NCBI GenBank assembly: GCA_964016885.1
Contig: OZ024742.1
Location: 36,084,001 to 36,148,000, forward strand
Length of the DNA: 64,000 nt
Reading direction: 5' to 3'
DNA from: Eledone cirrhosa
Taxonomy: Eukaryota
Every line of letters starts with the position of its first letter. Position 1 is the stretch's first letter. The translations under genes were made by a program, and so were the position numbers. Under the pieces are notes generated by a model. The model saw nothing but the letters and a program-made list of their open reading frames with translations, was not told where the DNA came from and did not search any database. Below are positions 14,455-27,318 of this stretch, one piece after another.

Positions 14455-14770
14455 AAGGCTAGCCGTAACACGCTCGGTATGCAAATGAGGCTACTTAGCC
14501 GATGTATACTTAAGAAAATACTATATATTTTCCACCGGCAGAGATATACAGTCAGAGATATACAGAGATATACCGGCAGAGATATACAGTCCTGATAAAG
14601 AGTAATTACCCAGACACACGTTGATTGTTCCTCAAAGCCAGTGTTGAATAAACAGGTGACGATCGGTCACCGGCATGGCACAGCTTCAAATCGGGTCGTT
14701 TGTTTACAAACGAATCGAGCATTATTTTTAATATTCGATATAACCCATACGTATACGTATATAACCCATA
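14455..14770 (+). mobile_element. Old diverged relative of the 494-bp retrozyme, with a decayed HHR at 14586-14628
   Basis: Shares ATGCAAAT-AGGCT, CAGTGTTGAA, GGTGACG and TTTGTTTACAAAC blocks. The HHR position reads ACAGTC-CTGATAA...GACAC-AC-GTT-GATTGT. Confidence 0.65.
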
Positions 14771-14784
14771 TGTATATGTATATA

Positions 14785-14839
<55 letters not shown>

Positions 14840-15370
14840 TATGTGTATATATGTGTGCGTGTACATGTGCACACTTACATATACACACATATATATATAT
14901 ATGAAATACAGCTCCTTTTACAGTCGAGCGCTTTGTGATGTAAGGAAGAATATAGGCCAAGACCAAACTATAAGAGGATCTACTACCGAGGAACTGCCAA
15001 AGCTGAGTCTTCCTCATACTATGGACCCAATCATACACGGTTACCTATTCCCACACAGATCAGAGTGTGATCCGATTGACTCTCTAGATTGCTGGTTATT
15101 TGATTCTATTTCATCTTTCCACTTTAAAGTATTGAACTTTTAGTTATCACAAGCAAGCTTTTCCAATCTCAATTACTGTATAGTCCCAATCTAGTGTCTT
15201 ACCTACACCAAAACCTTATTTTTATCTTTATTTTATATTTATATCGTATTTTTTATATCTATATTCATATTTTATTTATCATCTCTATATATTTTTGGTA
15301 TTATATACTTTATGTTATACTTCTTTGTGAAGGTGCCTGCCTTGTGCCAAAAGTAGAACCAATTATTTAA

Positions 15371-15540
15371 TGGCGGTGAATTGGCAGTATCGGTAGATGT
15401 AGAAGTCGGATGCAATGCTTTGCAGTAGAGAGTTACGCCCCTTTACAGTCTGAGTTCAAATCCTTACGGGGTTGATAAAATAAAGCACCCGTTATGCACT
15501 GGGGTAATTGCAGGCCTTGTGCCAAAAGTAGAAACAATTA
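15371..15540 (+). mobile_element. tRNA-derived SINE (family S1), internally deleted
   Basis: GGCGGTGAATTGGCAGTATCGG head, GAGTTCAAATCC, and GGCCTTGTGCCAAAAGTAGAAACAATT tail. Confidence 0.85.
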
Positions 15541-15551
15541 TATCATTTCCG

Positions 15552-15845
15552 TGATCACCAGCCGCAACCTGGTGCAGTCTGTGACTAACCCAGGTACTGT
15601 TGCACGTCGGGCTGAGGAGGCCAAACTCTACAAGCACGAGTCGCTCTCCGACTGGTTCGTGGTCGTGCCCTTGGCAGTGGAGACTTCTGGTGTCCTTGGC
15701 TCTAGGGCTACCTGCCTACTCACCACCCTAGGCGCTGAGCTGTCCAGCCGCAGGTGTGAGCCTCGCGAGTTGGAATGTCTCTTCCAGCGCATCTCCCTTA
15801 CCATCCTGCGGGGAAACACCTTCTCCATCCTGTCCGCCAGGGCTG
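15552..15845 (+). pseudogene. CRE-clade non-LTR retrotransposon, RLE C-terminus
   Basis: AEEAKLYKH...VPLAVETSGVLG...LFQRISLTILRGN is a typical CRE-type terminal motif. Confidence 0.8.
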
Positions 15846-16267
15846 TGGGGAGGCCAGCACGTGGGACGTTATTTGCTCACCATACGGATTAATAGACAAA
15901 GTTATAAACTATTGTAAATAAACCTATAGTCACTAACTTAAATTCATAGCGAAAGGCCTTCAAAATGTTTTTCAATAAACTTAAACACTAAAGCTGCCGT
16001 TTAAAGAACAAAAAGAAAATTACAGCAACAACAAAAAATTAAAAAGCAAAAAGCAAAAAAAAATCAATAATGGTTTATTTTGTGAAATTGAAAAGTGTTT
16101 GTTTTCTGGTGTGAGTCTCCATAGCTTAAAATATTGGCTTAAATATATGCAAAATGAAGCATTAAATAATTTAATGAATTAACAAAAAAATAATCTAATA
16201 AAGTAAAATTAGAAGATGAAATAAAATAGAAAATAAAATACAGGAAAGTTTTAGTAAAATTTTAATC

Positions 16268-16420
16268 AAAATAAACTCAAAATACAATACAAAATAGGTC
16301 AAATAAAAAATAATAAAAATAAACTCAAAATACAATACAAAATAGGTCAAATAAAAATTAATAAAAATAAATTCAAAATATAAAATAGGTCAAATAAAAA
16401 ATAATAAAAATAAACAAAAA
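16268..16420. repeat. AT-rich ~50 bp tandem repeat (3 copies)
   Basis: AAAATAGGTCAAATAAAAA-TAATAAAAATAAA recurs three times. Confidence 0.8.
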
Positions 16421-16934
16421 TAAAATAAGGTATACAAAAAATATTAAATTAAATTAAATTAAACAAAAATAAGTGTTAGATCTTAAATCCCGAAGAAGGA
16501 TTTTTTTATAGTTCTTTATACCTTCATAACATGGCTTCAAAAGGAGTGAGAAGTATGTTCACAGATTTAAGATTGTACCTCGCTTTGTCCTTATATCTAA
16601 ACTTTAATAAAGTAAGGAGTGCGGGACTGCGCACGGTTTATTTCTTTTAATCCAGTTAGTAAAATAAGTTGGATTACTTTGAATAAATAATGAATGAATA
16701 TTACATAATTTATCTACTAAATTTCGTAATTGTTGATTAAATATATTTTATTACTTATTTAAAGATTCACTTCTTTAAAATGTTCAAATGTCAACACTTC
16801 CGGTTAGCAATCGCTTAAATAAACATTCATATATTTCCGTCACTAATTTTCTCCTAATGCAGTTTATATATAATATCGTCTTTTTTAATGTATCATGGAT
16901 TACGTTACTGATTACATAAGACAGTGTAACAGAG

Positions 16935-17077
16935 TCTTCGTTCAATTTCTGTGTATATTGTCAATTACAATTTTATTTGATGTATCATATCTACATGTAT
17001 ATATACCTGCGTATAATATCAATATGCACACTACACATGCTAGCAGAAAACCACTCGAAGGGTGGTTTTTCTCCTAG
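16935..17077 (+). mobile_element. Possible non-autonomous Helitron-like 3' terminus
   Basis: Hairpin AGAAAACCAC-TCGAAGG-GTGGTTTTTCT followed by CTAG|T. A homologous copy at 52761-52905(-) ends at the same CTAGT. Confidence 0.55.
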
Positions 17078-17089
17078 TATGGATAATGA

Positions 17090-17605
17090 TCTGCTTAGAT
17101 TACGTGCACCATTATGAAATTGACTGTATAACAGTACTTGGTGTGTGATCCGCAGTCCATCTGAGTTGGATTACATCAGAAATGGCTCAATGTTGCACCT
17201 GGTGAAGAGATCAGCCTTGGGAATTCTGTCAGAAAGTGCATAACCACAGGTAGAGCGAAGACAATGTTTGTGGAAGACTTCAAGCTTAAAAATATGGGTG
17301 TGATAAAGAATCCATGATTCTGAACCGTATACGACTGTTGTCAGTATTACTGCATGATAAACTGCAACTTTAGTTTTCAGAGATATACCACTGACACACC
17401 ATAGAAAATGTAGTTTGCCAAAGGCATCAATTGCTTTAAATGCGATTAACGATCTCATCATCCAGGGATGCAGAGCTACTTACTCACCTTACTGCCAAGT
17501 AAAAGAGTTCACGTACTTCATATCCTTGTTAAACAAAATGCTTTACAGGCGAGCGAGAAGCGGTACACCAGTTCTTGTGTCTCTTCAAGGAATGTTGCAG
17601 CAAGT
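17090..17605 (-). pseudogene. RTE-clade LINE RT fragment
   Basis: SLKTKVAVYHAVILTTVVYGSESWILY...KLEVFHKHCLRS. Confidence 0.8.
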
Positions 17606-17624
17606 GCTATAGTATCAGCAAACA

Positions 17625-17697
<73 letters not shown>

Positions 17698-17715
17698 GTG
17701 TGTATATATATATAA

Positions 17716-17747
<32 letters not shown>

Positions 17748-17836
17748 GTGTGTGTATATATGTATGTGTGTGTATATATATATAAATATATATAAATATG
17801 TATATGTATATATATATATGTATATGTATGTGTGTG

Positions 17837-17891
<55 letters not shown>

Positions 17892-18068
17892 GTATGTATA
17901 TGTATATACATATGTATATATGTATATATCACAACACATATATATATATACAAATATATACTATATAAATATACACACACACACCTCATCTAATACTCCC
18001 TACTAAGTGTGATACTAATAAGACTGTGTTTTTGCATCCGTGTTTGTGTTTCATTTCTTTAACTATAA

Positions 18069-18183
<115 letters not shown>

Positions 18184-18890
18184 GGGATGGGAGTGTGTTA
18201 GTATTTACAGGTCCCAATACTACCTCTCACCAAGCATGGACAGTACAACTGACCATCAACCCCTAAGAGAAAATATACTTAATTCTAGGTATCATGGTTT
18301 CACATTGGAAGTTATGAGTAAGAGTTGGAAATAAAAATTAAAATTTAAAATCGAAAATCCTAAATCAAATATCAGAAATTATAAATTGAAAAATAAAAAA
18401 ATAAAAAAATTAACAATTAGAAATTAAAAAAATTTTCATATGAGAATCCGGATTGAGGTAAGTAAAAAAATATATAGATTGAAATGAGTAAATAATATGC
18501 AGAGAGATGTTTAAGTAAGAAGTTCTGAAAGGGGCACTAATGTCACAGTTACACTATCCACATACTGAACGATAGTACTGTACAGTAGAACGGAGGGTAA
18601 ACTATAGTATGAAAGGCAATAGTCAATTGGGTACATAGTCATAATTTCCATCACATGGAACAAACCCCCCAAAAATGATATAAAGTACACAAAATAAAAG
18701 AACCAATAATGAATAAATGCAAAAACACATAGAGTACATATATGCAAAATGTCGCGACACTGGCACACAGAACAATGTGGACACTGTCGCCATTGCAGTA
18801 ATGCACTGGGTAATTGCTGGCCTCGTGCCAAAAGTAGAAACAATTATTATTAAAAGACTTGAACATCTGAAACTACTTCGCTTTTCCTTA

Positions 18891-18924
<34 letters not shown>

Positions 18925-18927
<3 letters not shown>

Positions 18928-19119
18928 GGAAAATGTATGACCCCGACGGCAGAGCTCAAGCCGTTTCGACGGCTATTTCTGGACTGAGAAATAGCCGTCG
19001 AAACGGCTTGAGCTCTGCCGTCGGGGTCATACTTTTTCCTATTTCCTACTCTACTACCCTAAGTATTGAGTACTCTGGTGCGTTATGGTCCATCTGGTTC
19101 CTTACCACAATTCCTTTGT

Positions 19120-19120
<1 letters not shown>
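18925..19120. repeat. Fold-back element, family C, containing the 3' half of a hammerhead
   Basis: 18925-19042 is an inverted repeat around loop GGACTG (18981-18986). The arm reads GAAACGGC-TTGAGCTCT-GCCGTC (stem III + GUC). A second fold-back is at 26135-26323 and a diverged copy at about 54975-55080. Confidence 0.85.
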
Positions 19121-19153
<33 letters not shown>

Positions 19154-19485
19154 CATAAGTTGAAAAAAATGAAAACGAAATTTCATTTCTCACTCTTAGT
19201 ATGGCACTTACTTAAATGTAAGTATGTATGTATACGTACATACATATATGTATACAGACGTACAGTAGCATGCATACATATACATATATATATATATATA
19301 CATACATATACATATATATACATATATGCATACAGGTACACATACATATATGCACGCATCAGTTTAGCGGACGTTTATTACAACGCCGCTTTGTTCGTTT
19401 GTTTGTCAACAAACCGAACAGCCTGAATTTATGCCATACGGTGTTAAGGCAACCACGTCACCTTTTTGTTCAACACTGACACAGG

Positions 19486-19530
19486 AACGATGTACTAGTT
19501 TCAAGCTTGTTAGCTATCATCAGCACCGTT
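19486..19530 (-). ncRNA. Minimal type-I hammerhead ribozyme (retrozyme unit, inverted arm)
   Basis: Reverse complement of 20365-20409. Confidence 0.85.
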
Positions 19531-20364
19531 TACCCATCTGCCAGATAGTTGAACGTTCGAAAGTATATACTTTCCTTATGAAAATTAACGGCTGAGCAGC
19601 CTAATTTGCATATTGAGTGAGTTAAATCGGTCAGGCATACCGAAAACGATAAGTTGAAAAAAATGAAAACGAAATTTCATTTCTCACTCTTAGTATGGCA
19701 CTTACTTAAATGTAAGTATGTATGTATACGTACATACATATATGTATACAGACGTACAGTAGCATGCATACATATACATATATATATATATATACATACA
19801 TATACATATATATACATATATGCATACAGGTACACATACATATATGCACGCATCAGTTTAGCGGACGTTTATTACAACGCCGCTTTGTTCGTTTGTTTGT
19901 CAACAAACCGAACAGCCTGAATTTATGCCATAAATTTATGCCATAAATTTATGCCATAAATTTATGCCATAAATTCAGGCTGTTCGGTTTGTTGACAAAC
20001 AAACGAACAAAGCGGCGTTGTAATAAACGTCCGCTAAACTGATGCGTGCATATATGTATGTGTACCTGTATGCATATATGTATATATATGTATATGTATG
20101 TATATATATATATATATGTATATGTATGCATGCTACTGTACGTCTGTATACATATATGTATGTACGTATACATACATACTTACATTTAAGTAAGTGCCAT
20201 ACTAAGAGTGAGAAATGAAATTTCGTTTTCATTTTTTTCAACTTATCGTTTTCGGTATGCCTGACCGATTTAACTCACTCAATATGCAAATTAGGCTGCT
20301 CAGCCGTTAATTTTCATAAGGAAAGTATATACTTTCGAACGTTCAACTATCTGGCAGATGGGTA

Positions 20365-20409
20365 AACGGTGCTGATGATAGCTAACAAGCTTGAAACTAG
20401 TACATCGTT
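20365..20409 (+). ncRNA. Minimal type-I hammerhead ribozyme (retrozyme unit)
   Basis: AACGGTG-CTGATGA-T-AGCT-AACA-AGCT-T-GAAAC-TA-GTA-CATCGTT: 7-bp stem I, palindromic stem III ACTAGT, GUA triplet, predicted cut after 20402. Confidence 0.88.
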
Positions 20410-20858
20410 CCTGTGTCAGTGTTGAACAAAAAGGTGACGTGGTTGCCTTAACACCGTATGGCATAAATTCAGGCTGTTCGGTTTGTTGACAAACAAACGA
20501 ACAAAGCGGCGTTGTAATAAACGTCCGCTAAACTGATGCGTGCATATATGTATGTGTACCTGTATGCATATATGTATATATATGTATATGTATGTATATA
20601 TATATATATATGTATATGTATGCATGCTACTGTACGTCTGTATACATATATGTATGTACGTATACATACATACTTACATTTAAGTAAGTGCCATACTAAG
20701 AGTGAGAAATGAAATTTCGTTTTCATTTTTTTCAACTTATCGTTTTCGGTATGCCTGACCGATTTAACTCACTCAATATGCAAATTAGGCTGCTCAGCCG
20801 TTAATTTTCATAAGGAAAGTATATACTTTCGAACGTTCAACTATCTGGCAGATGGGTA

Positions 20859-20903
20859 AACGGTGCTGATGATAGCTAACAAGCTTGAAACTAGTACATC
20901 GTT
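20859..20903 (+). ncRNA. Minimal type-I hammerhead ribozyme (retrozyme unit)
   Basis: Identical to 20365-20409 and 494 nt downstream; predicted cut after 20896. Confidence 0.88.
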
Positions 20904-21233
20904 CCTGTGTCAGTGTTGAACAAAAAGGTGACGTGGTTGCCTTAACACCGTATGGCATAAATTCAGGCTGTTCGGTTTGTTGACAAACAAACGAACAAAG
21001 CGGCGTTGTAATAAACGTCCGCTAAACTGATGCGTGCATATATGTATGTGTACCTGTATGCATATATGTATATATATGTATATGTATGTATATATATATA
21101 TATATGTATATGTATGCATGCTACTGTACGTCTGTATACATATATGTATGTACGTATACATACATACTTATATTTATACATACATATATATATATATGCA
21201 TGTATACATTTTTTTAATATATGCATTGTATAC

Positions 21234-21300
<67 letters not shown>

Positions 21301-21771
21301 ATATACACACGTGTGTGTGTGTGTATGTGTGTGAAAGCATGTTGGGGAACGTGTCTGCCAAAACACTCCTCCGTTATGAATGTACCACATTGTCTAGTAT
21401 AAACACAAAACTTGTACCATAAAAACCTGCCTGATCTCTCACCTCTCCCCCTCTCACGTACACACCTTTGTCTTTCTCTCTTCACCTCTGTCTCTCACCT
21501 GATATTTCAATTAATTTATTGCACTCCCCTGACTGGTAAAAGACAAATAGTGAAACTATATAAATGTAAACAACACATCTATCTATATATTCACACACAC
21601 ACACATACATATATATTGGGTTGTAACAAATTTCCGCCGTTGTTATAATTTGTTTAATAAAAAAACGGCGGGAACTTATGTTACATCCTAATACGTATAA
21701 ATAAATATATATATATATATACATATATGTACGTCTGTATACATATATGCATGAACGTATACATACATACT

Positions 21772-21809
<38 letters not shown>

Positions 21810-21812
<3 letters not shown>

Positions 21813-22330
21813 ATAATAATAAAATTGAAGACTAAAATCCAAAGAGGGCTCGATAAGGAAAATATATATCAAATATATAAGAACCGTAGAGCCAATATTT
21901 ATTAAAATAACAGATTAAAATTTAAGCAAAGAATCGCTGCTTTCACCCTTAACGGGATCTTCTGAAACTAACAAAGTCAATCTGTAAACGCAGAACTGGA
22001 TATTTCAAAAAACATTGCAACCGGAGGAAGACAGGAAGACGATACTTTGGTTCGTGGAAACGTTCGCTGGCAAAGAACGGGAAAAAACAAATAATACGTC
22101 ATTAATAGGAGCGGTGAAAAACAATTACGCGCAAAGACAGAACCACGTTTATGGTATAAAAGAGGTCGTAGACTAATGTTATCTTAGGTGGTGCATAGAG
22201 ACGTTCTCTGGCAATGAACGAAAAAACGAAGATAATAAGTCATATGTGGACCGTGGAGAACAATAGCGCGCAAAGACAAAACCACGTAAATGGTATAGCA
22301 GAAGTTGTAGACTAAAATTCTAACTAGGAG
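21810..22330 (-). mobile_element. Longer copy of family B terminal repeat with an internal ~140-bp diverged duplication
   Basis: 21810-21965 matches 4043-4193. CGTTC-CTGGCAA...GCGCAAAGACA-AACCACGT...GTAGACTAA occurs twice (about 22061 and 22202). Confidence 0.65.
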
Positions 22331-23281
22331 ACCAAATGAATCTCCGCTACAGAGTTAAGAACAAAGTAAATAAATACAATACAGAAGTAATAGAAACAAA
22401 TAAATACATACACGCAAACAATTACGTACATACACATACATACGCAAAACCTTACCATAGGTATACAAAACCACGCACATATAAATATGTGTGTGTGTGT
22501 ATGCTTGTGTACAAATAAATAAATAATTATATAAACGTATATAAGTAAATAAATAAGTATATAACAAGCGCACACACATACCTACAAATAAATACACGAA
22601 TGTTCGGAGACGTAAGTCAACTAAAACAGGAAGTACACATATACACACACCCACCATACGTACGAACCTGCACACTCACGCAGAGGCAAAACCCCCGTAT
22701 ACAATCGGAATGTGCAGCTAAGCACTCAATAAGGTATTTTACCTTAGTGTAATAACATTACGTTTAGATAGCTTGGCAAATTGAAGCGTGCGACCGGTAA
22801 GCCAGTCGCAAGGACCAAAGCAATGAGAAAACCAACTCAGGATAATTTGACAAACCTGGACCATGGCGTCGATATTATGCAATATCTCCGCTAGCTTTCT
22901 GTGAATGCGAAATCAACAAAATCCACTTGCGGAGTATGCAAGTTATTGGTTTTGGACGATCGAACAGAGGTTTCACTTACTCAGCAGGTATCCGTTCTCT
23001 GCCGCTGCCGGGTGTGAGTTTTAGCAGTAACACTGCTGACGGTCACATGGTTTTCCCAAAGGGAGGTAACCCCTAGTTTTTGGCGGTCAAAATTCAAATT
23101 TTGAACAAAGGAATAAATTCCTTTCCACAAACCGAATAAAGCTCTCGACCAGACGTTATTAAACAAACATAAATAATTAAGCAACCAATAGAAATGTCTA
23201 ATTAAATTAATCAATTAATCATTAAGTGTAGGAGATAATAATACAAATAGAAATATATATATGTATATATATATATGTATG

Positions 23282-23364
<83 letters not shown>

Positions 23365-23547
23365 TGATTTTGTATATCGTTAATTATGCTAATTAGAAGA
23401 AGCAATAGTATATATTTTAATATCTGATGATTCTAAAGACATGATTTATGATATATATATATATATATATATATAAATTAAGAAAAGCAGAACAAACAAA
23501 CTTTTAAAAAATTAAAAAAATTATTTAAATATTTAGCCGTCCATAAT

Positions 23548-23627
23548 GCTATTAACGGCGGTTTCGCTTTACAAAAGGTTAGAGATTCAAAGAATTTCTA
23601 ACGGAAAAGTAAAGTTCATCAGATAGC
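23548..23627 (-). ncRNA. Hammerhead ribozyme with long stem II (family D, partly decayed) within a terminal-repeat fragment at about 23478-23900
   Basis: GCTAT-CTGATGA-ACTTTAC...GTAAAGC-GAAAC-CGCC-GTTA-ATAGC. Flanks are homologous to 44790-45235. Confidence 0.7.
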
Positions 23628-23972
23628 TATTTCCATACAGTAGGAACTAGTCCCGCCATCAATAAATAATTTGCCAACTACCAGCTACTGTGAGTAGTCC
23701 GTTAAAATGACCCACACATGAACTGGCCACTAGAAAAAGCGGGAAATATTACAGACTCGTTAATGGCTAGTCTACTAAAAAAAATAGCAGTAAGCAGCAA
23801 CGAATTATTTTTCTCTACATAGATAGGAGAATTCATAAAATGAGGTAAATATCACTCTGAGTACTAAGTACCCATAGAGATATATAGTGTGTCTATAATA
23901 TAAATGGTACTAAATTATATATATATGTATATGTATATATATATGTATATATATATATATATATATGTGTGT

Positions 23973-24075
<103 letters not shown>

Positions 24076-24366
24076 ATGTGTGTGTATATATATATATGTG
24101 TGTGTGTGTGCGTGTGCGTGCGTGTGTGTGTGTTTGTATATATATATATACGGGGTAACAGATTATTGTTAGAGGTAGTCGACTTAGGTGTAGTCCAGTT
24201 AGGATATTCCGAGAGTGGATGATATCAACGCTTGGCTAAGTTTGACTCAACATGTCGTTTCCATATCGAATGACGTGAAAACAAGCGGGTACCAGTTCTA
24301 AGAAACAATTGTCAGCAATGAGATTAAACACCTTTTTTGTATAGCAAACCGTGTCACTCTTCTTTC

Positions 24367-24557
<191 letters not shown>

Positions 24558-24842
24558 CCTGAGAGTTGACAATCAGAAATTCAGAGTAGCGACCCACGAA
24601 GACCAAGATTTGAATACATATTATTCTACTAAATAATCCCATTGAATATCCTTTTCACTACTTTGTATTTCAGCCGAAGATGATCTCTTAGGTACCTATT
24701 AAAAGAGACTTAGTCATGACTAACGATTTGTTTCCACCTGCGGAGAAAAGCATGTAATAAAGTGTGTTCAAGAACAAGATGCCCCACCACGGGGTTGGGG
24801 AATCGAACTCACGTTCTCACGATTGTGATCACTAAGTCACGC

Positions 24843-24903
<61 letters not shown>

Positions 24904-24942
24904 TAATATATAAGATCAAAAGATGGTTAAATGAGTTCCATG

Positions 24943-25013
24943 TATTTTATTATGCGCATTTCAAAAACAAATATCATCATGCAATAACATTTGTGTTTTC
25001 ATCAGATAAAATA
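24943..25013 (-). ncRNA. Type-I hammerhead ribozyme (family E) in a ~220-bp element between (TA)n tracts (24905-25127)
   Basis: TATTTTAT-CTGATGA-[stem II]-GAAAT-GCGC-ATA-ATAAAATA: 8-bp stem I, palindromic stem III ATGCGCAT, AUA triplet. Confidence 0.85.
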
Positions 25014-25234
25014 GGAGGACATGATATGAAGGTTAAAAAACACTTGTGGATAGTGCAGTTTTAAATCAACATATCTTATCCGATATCTGCATTGCTTTAT
25101 TGTACTACAATAAAACTCACCTCCTACATATACACACATATATATATAGTAATAATAATAAATTTGAAGACTAAAATCCAAAGAGGGCTCGATAAGGATA
25201 AATATATATCAAATATATAAGAACCATAGAGCAA

Positions 25235-25344
<110 letters not shown>

Positions 25345-25383
25345 ATATACATACATATGTACACATACACACACACACATATA

Positions 25384-25425
<42 letters not shown>

Positions 25426-25429
<4 letters not shown>

Positions 25430-25860
25430 TAAACGGAATAGAAAATGCTGACAAATTGTTCACAGTTGAAAAATAGTTTAATTAGGAATAATAGAGTATT
25501 AGTAATTGTATGGGTTAGTATTCAGTTGTGGTTTTAAGTTTTTAAGTTTTTACCGGTTGCGCATTTCTAAATGCTTTTCAAAAATAATTTTGAGATAGAG
25601 TGTCCGTGTTGTTTGCTCTGATCTTGAGCAAACAACACGGACACTCTATCTCAAAATTATTTTTGAAAAGCATTTAGAAATGCGCAACCGGTAAAAACTT
25701 AAAAACTTAAAACCACAACTGAATACTAACCTATACAATTACTAATACTCTATTATTCCTAATTAAACTATTTTTCAACTGTGAACAATTTGTCAGCATT
25801 TTCTATTCCGTTTACCAATATATAATAACTTGTGTGTTACACCTCTATTCTTTTAACTAT
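25426..25860. repeat. ~393-bp fold-back of the Neptune-like element's 3' terminal repeat (family F)
   Basis: 25426-25818 is inverted about 25622. The arm matches 49471-49860. (TA)n flanks. Confidence 0.9.
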
Positions 25861-25903
25861 ATATATATATATATAAGAAGAAATTATATATATATATATA
25901 TTA

Positions 25904-26110
25904 TTTATTAAAATAACAGATTAAAGTTTAAGCAAAGAATCGCTGCTTTCACCCTTCAGAAGATTCCTTTAAGGGTGAAAGCACCGATTCCTTACTTAAA
26001 CTTTAATCTGTTATTTTAATAAATATTTGCTCTAGGGTTGTTATACATTTGATATATATTTATCCTTATCGATCTCTCTTTGGATTTTAGTCTTCGCATT
26101 TATTATTATT
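25904..26110. repeat. Fold-back element, family B
   Basis: TTATTAAAATAACAGATTAAAGTTTAAG...CTTAAACTTTAATCTGTTATTTTAATAA inverted arms. Confidence 0.8.
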
Positions 26111-26134
26111 ACTATATATATATATATATATATT

Positions 26135-26320
26135 ACAAAAGAAATGTGGTAAGGAACCAGATGGACCATAACACACCAGAGTACTCAATACTTAGGGTAG
26201 TAGAGTGGAAAATAGGAAAAAGTATGACCCCGACGACAGAGCTCAAGCCGTTTCGACGTTTCTAGTCCAGAAATAGCCGTCGAAACGGCTTGATCTCTGC
26301 CGTCGGGGTCATACTTTTTC

Positions 26321-26323
<3 letters not shown>
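26135..26323. repeat. Fold-back element, family C
   Basis: ATAGGAAAAAGTATGACCCCGACG...CGTCGGGGTCATACTTTTTCCTAT inverted arms, with a different turn point from the copy at 18925. Confidence 0.85.
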
Positions 26324-26394
<71 letters not shown>

Positions 26395-26406
26395 TCACAC
26401 ACACGC

Positions 26407-26535
<129 letters not shown>

Positions 26536-27318
26536 CCATTTTCCATCTGCGTTAATATGGCTGCCGTCTCTGTCTAAAACAAAAGCGGAGGCTCCACATA
26601 AAATATGAAAGAAAATATTTTATTTTCTCTGACGGTTTTCTGTGTCGTCTTTCCTATGACAAAGACAAATAAAGGCTTTGTCCTCCAAACTTCACCCTCA
26701 CTGATTACAATGCTGCAGAAACCAGTCATACGAGAAGTCTTTTCGATAGGACAGACAACTGAGTTGGGGAATTTACCTCGGGTAGAGTTCAGCATACTAA
26801 ATACACAGTTGTGTCAAGGACGCTTTGTACCACTCGGCATTCAGAAAATAGTAGAGCCATGTGAAAAATAAATATAAGCAGGTTTCTATTTTTAGGTTAC
26901 ACCACCTACGTCGAGTATATCAGAAATGGTGTGGCATGAATACAGACAATAGGTGTGTGAAAATATACATAAGTAATTAGAACATTAATTGTTCAAATAT
27001 TTTTAATGAGTTATTGTTAATTAAGGTAACGAATTTACTGGAGTCATTAAAGCGTCGGGTTAAATGCCTCAGTTTTTGGTCTGGAATACCGCCCGAGGCT
27101 GAATTTGTCTGTCATCCGTTCGGAGTCAATAAGTTAGCCTGTCCCTGGTAGAAATGGATTGTTGTAGAGTCGTACAGGTATGTTTTAGGATATCTACACC
27201 GGCTCTGTGAGGTCTAAGTTCAAAACCTTCCTCTTTTTGCCAAACTTTGCAACCAGTTGACAATACCAGCAATGGAAAGACCAATCGACATATCGGTCAC
27301 AGGCGCCATCTGGGTATC

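Larger units (their letters stand above)
19155..21170. mobile_element. Hammerhead-containing 494-bp tandem repeat (non-LTR retrozyme-like) arranged as a large inverted repeat
   Basis: Exact 494-bp period (for example CTGATGA at 20372 and 20866). Mirror symmetry about 19947/19948 over 19155-20740. Flanked by TA-rich microsatellite. Confidence 0.9.

Noticed and set aside
19155-21170. 83-88 aa ORFs repeated in the 494-bp units
   Set aside because: They run through TA-rich microsatellite and show no domain motif; the unit is better explained as non-coding RNA.
26574-26871. Non-repetitive short ORFs as a host exon or transposase remnant
   Set aside because: No recognisable domain or clear splice structure; the faint resemblance to mariner is too weak.
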